From: Dehalococcoidia bacterium
GTDB lineage: Bacteria > Chloroflexota > Dehalococcoidia > Lucifugimonadales > UBA1123
Assembly (NCBI GenBank): GCA_965215735.1
Contig: CBDCEF010000002.1
Location: 394,161-458,160 of the forward strand
Reading direction: 5' to 3'
Length of the DNA: 64,000 bases
The notes beneath the pieces were generated by a model that saw nothing but the letters and a program-made list of their open reading frames with translations, did no database searches and was not told the DNA's origin. Below, one piece after another: positions 16,360 to 24,199 of this stretch (the stretch's first letter is position 1; every line of letters starts with the position of its first letter). The translations under genes and the position numbers were made by a program.

Positions 16360-17577
16360 ATGCTCGACAGGATAGCAAAGTGGATAGAGAGTGTGGACTT
16401 GCTGTTCCCGGCATTCCTGTACCTGAAGATCCAACGCCTCCAGATGCGCCAGGACGGTGGCACCTCCACCGGGCCGCCGATCAACGGCCTGACAGACGCA
16501 GACGACTGGGCGCCAAGCCACTACGCCGCCTACTTCGCGACGTCGGCTCCGGTGTACTCGGCCGTTCGGCTGCGCGCCGACTCGGTCGCGAGGCCTCCAC
16601 TCAGGGTGTATCGTCATATCGCGGCGGCGGGCGTTCCGCACAGGGAGTGGGTCGGTCCCGAGCATCCTGCACAGAGGCTGCTGGACCGTGTGAACCCGCA
16701 CTGGACAGGCGGCGACCTCTGGCGGGCGACCGAGACCTATCTGAACCTATGGGGCGTCGCCTACTGGTCGGTCGAGCGCGATGAGCTGGGAATGCCGGCA
16801 GAGCTGTGGCCGCTGCGCCCGGACCGTGTCCGGATCGTGCCCGACGAGAACGAGTACATTCGCGGCTACCTCTACACCGGACTCTCGGGTGAGCAGACCG
16901 CGTTCGCATCGGACGAGATCGTGCGTCTCCGGTACTTCAACCCGCTGGACGAATACGCGGGGCTGTCCCCTATCGCTCCGGTGCGGCTGACGCTCGATAT
17001 GGGCCGCGATGCTCTGCTCAGCAACAAGTCGGGACTCGCCAACGACGGCTCGCCCGGTGTTGTGATACATACCGATGCCAACCCCAGCGAAGACGAAGTC
17101 AAGCGTCTGCTCGAAGACTGGGAATCGCGGTTCAGCGGCCCCCTGAACCGGCTCCGCCCGGCGGTGCTCAGCGCAGGGATGAAGGCGTCGAAGATGGGCT
17201 TCTCCCCGAAGGACATGGAGTATATCCGCACGCTGCGCTGGACCGTCGAAGAGGTGGCGCGGGTGTTCAACGTGCCCAAGCCGCTGCTGCACGACCTGGA
17301 GCGCGCGACCTACTCCAACATCGAGACTGCCCGCCGGATGTTCTGGGAGACCTGTGTCGTGCCGGAGCTGCGCTTCTTCGAGGAGAAGCTCACCGAGAAC
17401 CTGCTGCCCATGTTCGGGGAAGGCTCCCTCACGGCCGAGTTCGACACGTCCAGCATAGAGGCGCTGCGAGAGTCCGAGTCCGAGCGCGCCAGGCGCATCC
17501 ATATCTACGTCTCCGAGGGAATCATGACCCCCGACGAGGCCAGAGCCGAGCTCGGCCTGGGAGTAGCGAGTCAATGA
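16360..17577 (+). CDS. phage portal protein (HK97 family type)
   Basis: AGGAGAG RBS is present. Typical portal blocks are seen: YFNPLDEYAGLSPI, GSPGVVI, KMGFSPKDMEY. The size of about 400 aa and the position after the terminase also fit. Confidence 0.85.
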   Translation: MLDRIAKWIESVDLLFPAFLYLKIQRLQMRQDGGTSTGPPINGLTDADDWAPSHYAAYFATSAPVYSAVRLRADSVARPPLRVYRHIAAAGVPHREWVGPEHPAQRLLDRVNPHWTGGDLWRATETYLNLWGVAYWSVERDELGMPAELWPLRPDRVRIVPDENEYIRGYLYTGLSGEQTAFASDEIVRLRYFNPLDEYAGLSPIAPVRLTLDMGRDALLSNKSGLANDGSPGVVIHTDANPSEDEVKRLLEDWESRFSGPLNRLRPAVLSAGMKASKMGFSPKDMEYIRTLRWTVEEVARVFNVPKPLLHDLERATYSNIETARRMFWETCVVPELRFFEEKLTENLLPMFGEGSLTAEFDTSSIEALRESESERARRIHIYVSEGIMTPDEARAELGLGVASQ

Positions 17578-17609
17578 TCGACAGCTGTGGACTCCGCTCC
17601 AGGGAACTC

Positions 17610-18311
17610 CTACTCCCCGCGCAGACGCCGAAGCTCGGCTTCCAGCTCAGCCACTCGCGTGTCAGCGGCTTCGGCCCGGGCCTCAGCATCCAGGCGACCA
17701 GTACGCTCCTCCTCATGGCTCAGAAGCCAATGTCCCGCAACAGGGTCCCAGAAGCGCAGATCCCTGTCATCCCACCACAGGTCCAGGTTCAGGACCTCGC
17801 TGTGACACCACACACCGCCGTCACTCTCACGATGCAGCTCCAACCGCCGATACTCGCCGTCCACCAGACGCTCGCCCACCAGCGGCTCGCCGTAGAAGTC
17901 ACCGCCTGTCTCGTCGTACCGCCAGTATTCACCCACCCCCAACTCGGCGTACAGGTCCCGCTTGCTGCTCAAGTCTCTGGACGCGGTGCTCCGAGAGCCT
18001 ATCTCCAGGACGAAGTCAGGTGCCTTGCCAACCTCCCATATCAGATAGACGTTGTTGCGCTTGATCGACTCCAGCGACTCCTGAGAGAGACCAAGCGCCA
18101 CGTAGCAGTCAGGCGACACCGAGCGGCGTGGGTTGCCCTCGACGTAGTAGATGAACGTGTCTCCGTTCACCCTGGCGCCGGGGACGTCTCTGTGGTGGAC
18201 CCTGAGTGTGCTTACGATCCTGACGTACAGCGGCGCTTGGTACTCTCCGTCGGGCAATGGCATACCGTCCGTTTCGGGATAGACTATGGCGGTGGCGCCC
18301 CTGGTGGTCAT
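17610..18311 (-). CDS. Uma2-family endonuclease, paralog 3
   Basis: Blocks present: YPETDGMPLPDGEYQ, SPDCYVALG, APDFVLEIGSRST, GEYWRYD. The tail ends in AELRRLRGE. The start is taken at MTTRGA (18311). Confidence 0.85.
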   Translation of the reverse strand: MTTRGATAIVYPETDGMPLPDGEYQAPLYVRIVSTLRVHHRDVPGARVNGDTFIYYVEGNPRRSVSPDCYVALGLSQESLESIKRNNVYLIWEVGKAPDFVLEIGSRSTASRDLSSKRDLYAELGVGEYWRYDETGGDFYGEPLVGERLVDGEYRRLELHRESDGGVWCHSEVLNLDLWWDDRDLRFWDPVAGHWLLSHEEERTGRLDAEARAEAADTRVAELEAELRRLRGE

Positions 18312-18511
18312 GGACTCCTCCTTGCTTGCTGAGATTCTAACACTTAGCCGGTCAAATGCATGTTGTGGTTGCCCTTGTTCCGTCGTCAACGCGGGTGCCC
18401 ACAAGGGACGCCCCTATAGCTGGACACACCACAAAATGAGACAGGTCTCTTCATTTATAGCGAGCTTAGGCATCTTATAAGATGCTTGTAAACTCGCCAA
18501 AAACTCCACGT

Positions 18512-19690
18512 ATGGACCCAATTCGCAACCCCTACGCGCCCGGAGCGGGCACCCCGCCGCCGGAACTGGCCGGCCGGGACGAGCTGCGCGAGACGGCGAG
18601 AATCGCCCTCGAACGCTCCAGAATAGGGCGTCCCGGCAGAAGCATAATCATGGTCGGACTTCGGGGCGTCGGCAAGACTGTGCTGCTGGACAGGATTCTC
18701 GCGGACGCCGAGGAAAGAGGCATCAGCACGCTCAGAATCGAAGCCCCTGAGAACCGGTCTCTGCCCTCCACGCTTGCGCCCAAGCTTCGACTGGCGCTGC
18801 TGAGACTCTCCAACCGGGAGGCCGCAAAGCAGTTGGCACAACGCGCTCTCAGAGGACTTGCAGGCTTCGTGGGCGCACTGAAGGTCAAGTACCAGGACAT
18901 CGAGGTCGGGCTGGATTTCGAACCCGAACCCGGTCTTGCGGACAACGGAGACCTGGAAGCCGACTTGCAGGACCTGTTCGAGGCGGTCGGCGCGGCGGCC
19001 AAGGCGGACGGGACGTGCGTCGCGCTGTTTGTCGACGAGATCCAGTATGTCAGGGAGGACGAGCTCGCCGCGTTGATAACCGCGCTTCACCGGACATCCC
19101 AGCGGGAGCTGCCGGTGGTCATGGTAGGCGCGGGTCTGCCGCAGATCCGTGGGAGACTCGGCAGCGCGAAGTCATACGCGGAGAGACTGTTCGACTTCCC
19201 CGAAATCGGGGCGCTTTCTGTCGACGACGCCAGGCTCGCGATCGCCAAGCCTGCCCTGGACGAAGGGGTCGAGATACAGCCTGACGCGCTCGACGCCATC
19301 GTCTCCAAGACTAAAGGCTACCCATATTTCCTGCAGGAGTGGGGAAATCGCGTCTGGGACGTCGCCGACAGTTCTCCGATTACGATCGCCAATGTCGAGG
19401 TAGCGTCGGACCAGGCGATGGCCGCACTGGACGAGAGCTTCTTTCTCGTGCGGTTCGACAGGCTCACCCCCACCGAGAAGACATACCTGCGCGCAATGGC
19501 CTATCTCGGCCCAGGCCCCCATCGATCAGGAGACATTGCCAGCGCGATGGACCGTCCCGTGACCTCGCTAGCGCCCACCCGCAGCCAGCTCATAGGCAAG
19601 GGCATGATCTGGAGTCCGAGGCACGGAGATACCGCGTTCACCGTCCCCATGTTCGACGAGTTCATGCGCCGGATAATGCCCGAGGACTAG
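18512..19690 (+). CDS. AAA/ORC-like ATP-binding protein with C-terminal winged-helix
   Basis: The N-terminal NPYAPGAGTPPPELAGRDEL is typical of this family. Walker A is VGLRGVGKTVLL and Walker B is LFVDEIQYV. The C-terminus reads TEKTYLRAMAYLG...SGDIA. The start is taken at MDPIRNPY. Confidence 0.7.
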   Translation: MDPIRNPYAPGAGTPPPELAGRDELRETARIALERSRIGRPGRSIIMVGLRGVGKTVLLDRILADAEERGISTLRIEAPENRSLPSTLAPKLRLALLRLSNREAAKQLAQRALRGLAGFVGALKVKYQDIEVGLDFEPEPGLADNGDLEADLQDLFEAVGAAAKADGTCVALFVDEIQYVREDELAALITALHRTSQRELPVVMVGAGLPQIRGRLGSAKSYAERLFDFPEIGALSVDDARLAIAKPALDEGVEIQPDALDAIVSKTKGYPYFLQEWGNRVWDVADSSPITIANVEVASDQAMAALDESFFLVRFDRLTPTEKTYLRAMAYLGPGPHRSGDIASAMDRPVTSLAPTRSQLIGKGMIWSPRHGDTAFTVPMFDEFMRRIMPED

Positions 19691-19720
19691 CTGCGCGGTA
19701 CTTAGAGCGCGCTAGGCGTT

Positions 19721-21022
19721 CTATCCGCTGGGGTCCAGCACCCGACCCACGAACAGGATGGTGCCCGTCTCACCGTCCCGTATCAGGAATATGAATGGCC
19801 TGTCCACAGTGACCTCAACAGGTGGCCCTGGTGCTCCGCTGACGGGGATAGCGATCACCGCGGTAGCTGCTGCGGCCTCGGTCCCCTCTTCATCCACCGC
19901 CACGAATGCTTTGTGAATGACGTCTGAGAGCACCAGGCATGAAACGTTCCCAGCCATGCAAGACTGGCCATCCATGCCTGAAAAGTCGGCTCTTGAGATG
20001 TCGAAGGCGTTAGCCATACCCATGGCCCTGAGCGTATCGACGAGGTCGAACGTCGACTCGAACTCAAACTTTGGCATCGTCAGCACGACAGCCCTGGTTT
20101 CGATGTCCTCAAGAGTGCGTCCCACGAGCGCGTTGTCCAACGAGGCCTCAAACGCTTCGAAGGTTCCCGAGTCTGGAAGCAGAATGGTCATGGACATCTT
20201 GCCGAACTTGTACTGCAGGTCGACAGCCTGGTACCCGTTCCCGCTGGCGTATCCGATTTTGCCTGTTCGCTTCATCATATGCACGGCGACCGCGTTTCCC
20301 GTGAGCGGATGGAAGTCGGTGGGCGTTGGCATTTCCTTAAAGCGACGCAGCCACGCCGCATTGAAGTAGATGGCATTGGTAAGCACCAGCGCCGGCGGGT
20401 CCCTCTCGAACTTCTCCGGCGGAACCAGATCTACGATCCTACCCTCTGTCTCGTTGGCCACCCAGTCGTTGATTCTGAGACGCGACTCCTCGGGTTGCCC
20501 CACGAAGTCAGTCGGCGTCACACCCGCTCCGTAGTTCTCCCCGACCACGGTGGTGAACTCATCTAGGAATTGATAGTCCTGCCTACCCCACAGCGCATTT
20601 GCGATGTTCAGCCGGAATGCAGCGGGATCTTTGTCCTTCTTTCCGCCACTGCGAGAGTCTAGGTCAAGGTACAGAGTGTTGAACGCGGGATGAAGTGTGT
20701 CCTGCGGAAGGAGGAAGTGGAGCGTATCGGCCATCTGTCGCTCCGTCTCGCCGCTCGCACCGGCGTATGTCATTCCCATAGCCATTGAGATGCTGTATGG
20801 AGAGTAGAACAGGTTCCCGTCGTCGCCTGCACTAAGCGTCCGGTAGAGGTCAAACGCAAGGACGTTGTTACCGCGCACCAGATCGTTTACCTCCTCGTCG
20901 GTGGCTGACGGCCCGGCCCTATCGGGCAACACAGCATTACCGCACGCAGAGGCGACAATTGAAAGCAGGCACAGCAGACTCGCCATTGCTGTCTCCCAGC
21001 AGATCAGGCCACGATGCGTCAT
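19721..21022 (-). CDS. serpin-family serine protease inhibitor, probable lipoprotein
   Basis: Blocks present: FYSPYSISMAMGMTYAGASGET and NAIYFNAAW. The reactive-centre-loop hinge is EEGTEAAAATAV, followed by DRPFIFLIRD. The lipobox-like LSIVASAC is present. An alternative start (MASLL) lies at 20986. Confidence 0.9.
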   Translation of the reverse strand: MTHRGLICWETAMASLLCLLSIVASACGNAVLPDRAGPSATDEEVNDLVRGNNVLAFDLYRTLSAGDDGNLFYSPYSISMAMGMTYAGASGETERQMADTLHFLLPQDTLHPAFNTLYLDLDSRSGGKKDKDPAAFRLNIANALWGRQDYQFLDEFTTVVGENYGAGVTPTDFVGQPEESRLRINDWVANETEGRIVDLVPPEKFERDPPALVLTNAIYFNAAWLRRFKEMPTPTDFHPLTGNAVAVHMMKRTGKIGYASGNGYQAVDLQYKFGKMSMTILLPDSGTFEAFEASLDNALVGRTLEDIETRAVVLTMPKFEFESTFDLVDTLRAMGMANAFDISRADFSGMDGQSCMAGNVSCLVLSDVIHKAFVAVDEEGTEAAAATAVIAIPVSGAPGPPVEVTVDRPFIFLIRDGETGTILFVGRVLDPSG

Positions 21023-21095
21023 AATCGGCCTCCATACGGGTATAGTGACGTAGGAACTCTAGACGCAGAACTGGCAGCCGTCGATACCCAGCGTG

Positions 21096-21175
21096 GTGAT
21101 TTCTTTACCCTGATCGAGTTTCTCAAGCCGCTGGCCGTGGGCTGCAATCCGCATGACCTCCAAATAGGCCAGGTC
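21096..21175 (+). pseudogene. fragment duplicating part of the 5' region of the enolase-superfamily gene
   Basis: It encodes FTLIEFLKPLAVGCNPHDLQI, compared with LGLIEFLKPLVMGRNPQDIGA of the 22138 gene. The nucleotide run CTGATCGAGTT(T/C)CTCAAGCCGCTGG is shared with about 22324-22385. Confidence 0.5.
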
Positions 21176-21247
21176 CGGACGAAGTATGGGGACTAGTCAC
21201 TGTAGTATGGGTTGACCATATTGGCCTATATGGGTAGTATGGCAACT

Positions 21248-21490
21248 ATGAAAACCACTCTCGACATCCATGACGAACTGCTGACCAGGGCCAAGCGCCA
21301 TGCTCGGGAGACCCGTCGCCCATTGCGGGCGGTGGTTGAAGAGGGACTCAGGTTGGTGCTCTCGAAAGAGTCTCGCCCCGAACGTTACGTCCTTCCGGAC
21401 CGCAGCTACGGTGGACCTGAGATTCATGACCCCCTGGCCTCCTACACCTGGTCTGAGCTACGAGACATCATTTACGGCGATACTGTTTAG
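21248..21490 (+). CDS. vapB: type II antitoxin, VapB-like
   Basis: The N-terminus MKTTLDIHDELLTRAKRHARETRRPLRAVVEEGLR is typical of the family, and the gene sits directly upstream of a PIN toxin. The ORF is open from 21212. Confidence 0.75.
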   Translation: MKTTLDIHDELLTRAKRHARETRRPLRAVVEEGLRLVLSKESRPERYVLPDRSYGGPEIHDPLASYTWSELRDIIYGDTV

Positions 21491-21492
21491 CC

Positions 21493-21933
21493 GTGATCGC
21501 GGTTGACACCAACATACTGGTCTATGCGCACCGGACAGACTCGCCGTATCACTCTGGGGCAGCTCCGCTGCTAGCGTCTCTATCGGGGGGCGATATCGCA
21601 TGGGCGATACCGTGGCCCTGCTGCTACGAATTCCTCAGTGTGGTGACCAATCGGCGTATCTGGGGTGACAATGCGACCCCGATGCAGGAGGCCTGGCAGC
21701 AGATCACCGCCTGGACGGACTCACCATCTAACCGACTCATCGGGGAGACCGGTGACTTCCTCGACATCCTGCGTAGATTCGTTGACAGGCCGCATGTTTC
21801 AGGCCCGGTCGTTCACGATGCGCGCGTGGCGGCAATCTGCGTAGCTCATGGAGTGGAGGTCCTGCTCACCAAAGACAGAGACTTCTCGCTCTTCCCCGAA
21901 CTGCCGACCCGCGACCCAGTCAGAGCGGCATAG
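21493..21933 (+). CDS. vapC: PIN-domain toxin, VapC family
   Basis: (V)IAVDTNILVYAHR supplies the first acidic residue. Conserved D/E positions are present, with TKDRDF near the C-terminus. It starts 2 nt after the antitoxin. Confidence 0.8.
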   Translation: MIAVDTNILVYAHRTDSPYHSGAAPLLASLSGGDIAWAIPWPCCYEFLSVVTNRRIWGDNATPMQEAWQQITAWTDSPSNRLIGETGDFLDILRRFVDRPHVSGPVVHDARVAAICVAHGVEVLLTKDRDFSLFPELPTRDPVRAA

Positions 21934-22042
21934 ACAGCCCGATTCTCATTGAGCGGGCGGTGCTTGCTCCGGGCGACTCGGCGACCTCGACTGTCTACTA
22001 CTCATTTATTAACCCAAGCCCGGTCCTGCGTCTTACCCCATC

Positions 22043-22057
22043 ATCGCATTATGCGAT
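22043..22057. promoter_or_regulatory. 7-1-7 palindrome, candidate operator upstream of the enolase-superfamily gene
   Basis: ATCGCAT-T-ATGCGAT lies about 80 nt upstream of the ATG at 22138. Confidence 0.25.
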
Positions 22058-22137
22058 AACCTTGGTACCGTCCTCCCAGTCCGGCCCCAGACAGCAGCCC
22101 ACAACACCAGCCCACTACACCATATAGGAGCGATTCA

Positions 22138-23238
22138 ATGAAGATCACAAACGTCAAGGTAGAGATGTTCAACTGGAAGTCGGAGCCGTGGATGACAGGC
22201 GTCGGCACGAGCTTCGGACAGACTCGACAGCTCGGAATCGTGACCGTCGAGACCGACGAGGGCATCAGCGGCAACGCCTTCCTGGGATCGTCCCGCATGG
22301 GCGCAGACCACTACTCTCTCGGACTGATCGAGTTCCTCAAGCCGCTGGTCATGGGCCGCAACCCCCAGGACATCGGCGCGATCTGGTGGGACATGTGGAA
22401 GATGAACCGCTCCGTCTCCACCAACGCCATCGGCGCCATCGACATCTGCCTCTGGGACATCAACGGCAAGATCGCCGGACAGCCCATCCACAGGCTGCTC
22501 GGCACCTGCAAGGAGTCCGCCCCCGTCTACTCGTCCACGGCCTTCTGGAAGACCACCGAGGAGTACGCCGAGGAGGCGGTCAAGTTCCAGGACATGGGCT
22601 GGACCGCGCACAAGATCCACCCGCACGGCAACCCGAAGTTCGACATTGAGATCTCCAAGGCGGTGCGCGAGGCTGTCGGCGACGACATGAAGTTGATGCT
22701 CGACTCCATGTGGGCCTACCAGTACGAGGACGCCATGCGCGTCGGACGCGCGATCGAGGACCTCGGCTTCTACTGGTACGAGGACCCGCTGGTCGAGGAG
22801 GACATCTACAACTACGTCAAGCTGCACCAGAAGCTCGACATCCCGATCATGTCCACCGAGTACGCCCCAGGCCGCTACTACGGCATGACCCAGTGGATCA
22901 CGCAGTACGCGACCGACATCCTGCGCGGCGACGTGGCGGTCACCGGCGGCATCACGCCGATGGTGAGGCTGTGCCACATGGCCGAGGGCTTCAACATGAA
23001 GTGCGAGATTCACCACGGAGGCAACTCGCTGAACAACGTCGCGAACCTGCACATCACGATGGCCGTGCCCAACTGCGAGTTCTTCGAGTTCTTCCCCTGC
23101 ACCGGCGCGAACATGTACGGCCTGGTCGAGGACATCGACATGACCGGCGGAGTCGTCCACGCCCCCACCGAACCCGGCCTCGGCTACCAAATCGACTGGG
23201 ACCTCGTAAAGCGCGAGTACACGGGGATGGTGGAGTAG
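22138..23238 (+). CDS. enolase-superfamily enzyme (mandelate racemase/muconate lactonizing enzyme family)
   Basis: The N-terminal capping domain (MKITNVKVEMF...) and TIM-barrel metal-ligand region (MLDSMWAY, YWYEDP, DIPIMSTE) are present. AGGAG RBS precedes the start. Confidence 0.85.
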   Translation: MKITNVKVEMFNWKSEPWMTGVGTSFGQTRQLGIVTVETDEGISGNAFLGSSRMGADHYSLGLIEFLKPLVMGRNPQDIGAIWWDMWKMNRSVSTNAIGAIDICLWDINGKIAGQPIHRLLGTCKESAPVYSSTAFWKTTEEYAEEAVKFQDMGWTAHKIHPHGNPKFDIEISKAVREAVGDDMKLMLDSMWAYQYEDAMRVGRAIEDLGFYWYEDPLVEEDIYNYVKLHQKLDIPIMSTEYAPGRYYGMTQWITQYATDILRGDVAVTGGITPMVRLCHMAEGFNMKCEIHHGGNSLNNVANLHITMAVPNCEFFEFFPCTGANMYGLVEDIDMTGGVVHAPTEPGLGYQIDWDLVKREYTGMVE

Positions 23239-23376
23239 GGGGGTGAGAGGTCTCGTAGGGTTCGGCAGTCTCCAACCGACGCAATCCTACGAGACCCTCC
23301 AGTACTCATCCGCGCCATTCTCGCATTTGCCACCATCATTCCTGTACTCACCCCCGTCACTCTCGCACTTACCCCC

Positions 23377-23403
23377 GTCATTCCCGCGAAAGCGGGAATC
23401 CAC
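23377..23403 (+). repeat. REP-like hairpin, family 1, 11 nt upstream of the GIY-YIG start
   Basis: GTCATTCCCGCGAAAGCGGGAATCCAC. Confidence 0.8.
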
Positions 23404-23414
23404 AGCCCTCCACC

Positions 23415-23702
23415 ATGAAAATCCCCTGCGTTTATATCCTTGCGAGCAAACCCCACGGAACCCTCTACATCGGAGTAACATCGAACCTCGTCCAAAGAGT
23501 CTGGCAGCACAAGAACGACCTCGTAGAAGGCTTCTCGAAGCGCTACGGTGTTCACAGGCTGGTCTGGTACGAGGTTCACGAGTCTATGGAAACCGCCATA
23601 GCCAGGGAGAAGGCTATCAAGAAGTGGAGACGAGCATGGAAGGTGGCGTTGATCGAAGAGGGCAATCCGAACTGGCTGGACCTGTATGACCAAGTCGGCT
23701 GA
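23415..23702 (+). CDS. GIY-YIG nuclease family protein (about 95 aa)
   Basis: The motif chain CVYILASKPHGTLYIGVTSNLVQRVWQHK...RLVWYE...AIAREKAIKKWRRAWK is the canonical GIY...YIG...R...E...K...W pattern. Confidence 0.9.
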   Translation: MKIPCVYILASKPHGTLYIGVTSNLVQRVWQHKNDLVEGFSKRYGVHRLVWYEVHESMETAIAREKAIKKWRRAWKVALIEEGNPNWLDLYDQVG

Positions 23703-23704
23703 TG

Positions 23705-23730
23705 TGGATTCCCGCTTTCGCGGGAATGAC
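23705..23730 (-). repeat. REP-like hairpin, family 1, reverse orientation, 2 nt after the GIY-YIG stop
   Basis: TGGATTCCCGCTTTCGCGGGAATGAC. Confidence 0.8.
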
Positions 23731-23786
23731 GGGTAGGCGCTTCTGGTTGGGTGAATGAATCAGGATGAAATGCATACATAAGAAGC

Positions 23787-24056
23787 TTGCCGAAGGAAAA
23801 CGACCAGATCGTGCTAACAGCCGACGTTGTCTGTGAAGATGGGGTGACCCTGAAGTCTGGCAACGTCGGCACGATTGTCCACGTTCATCCCGGCGGGGAA
23901 GCCTGTGTGGTGGAGTTCATGGCTCCAGACCGGGACACGTTGGCTATTGCGACTGTGCTTCCATCCAAAGTCCGTCGCATAAGACCTGTCGAATTTGGAG
24001 ACGATAATTGTCAATGCTGCCCCAAAGCCAGCAGAAAAGGGTCACGCGCATCGTAA
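23787..24056 (+). CDS. DUF4926-like small protein
   Basis: DQIVLTADVVCEDGVTLKSGNVGTIVHVHPGGEACVVEF matches, from memory, the DUF4926 pattern (VvL..dl...gl.kG..GtIVhvy..g.ayeVEF). The start codon is uncertain (TTG at 23787 or GTG at 23811). Confidence 0.5.
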   Translation: MPKENDQIVLTADVVCEDGVTLKSGNVGTIVHVHPGGEACVVEFMAPDRDTLAIATVLPSKVRRIRPVEFGDDNCQCCPKASRKGSRAS

Positions 24057-24199
24057 GGGTCCCACGTCGAGCGGAGGTCGGCAGTGTCTACTTCACGAAT
24101 CTCTTCTCTGAATGTGAGACTGTGTGTGGACAATAGACAGCCATCAGCACGAAATGCCGTAATCAACTGACCGAGCCCCCTTTTATTGTCCTCTGTTCA

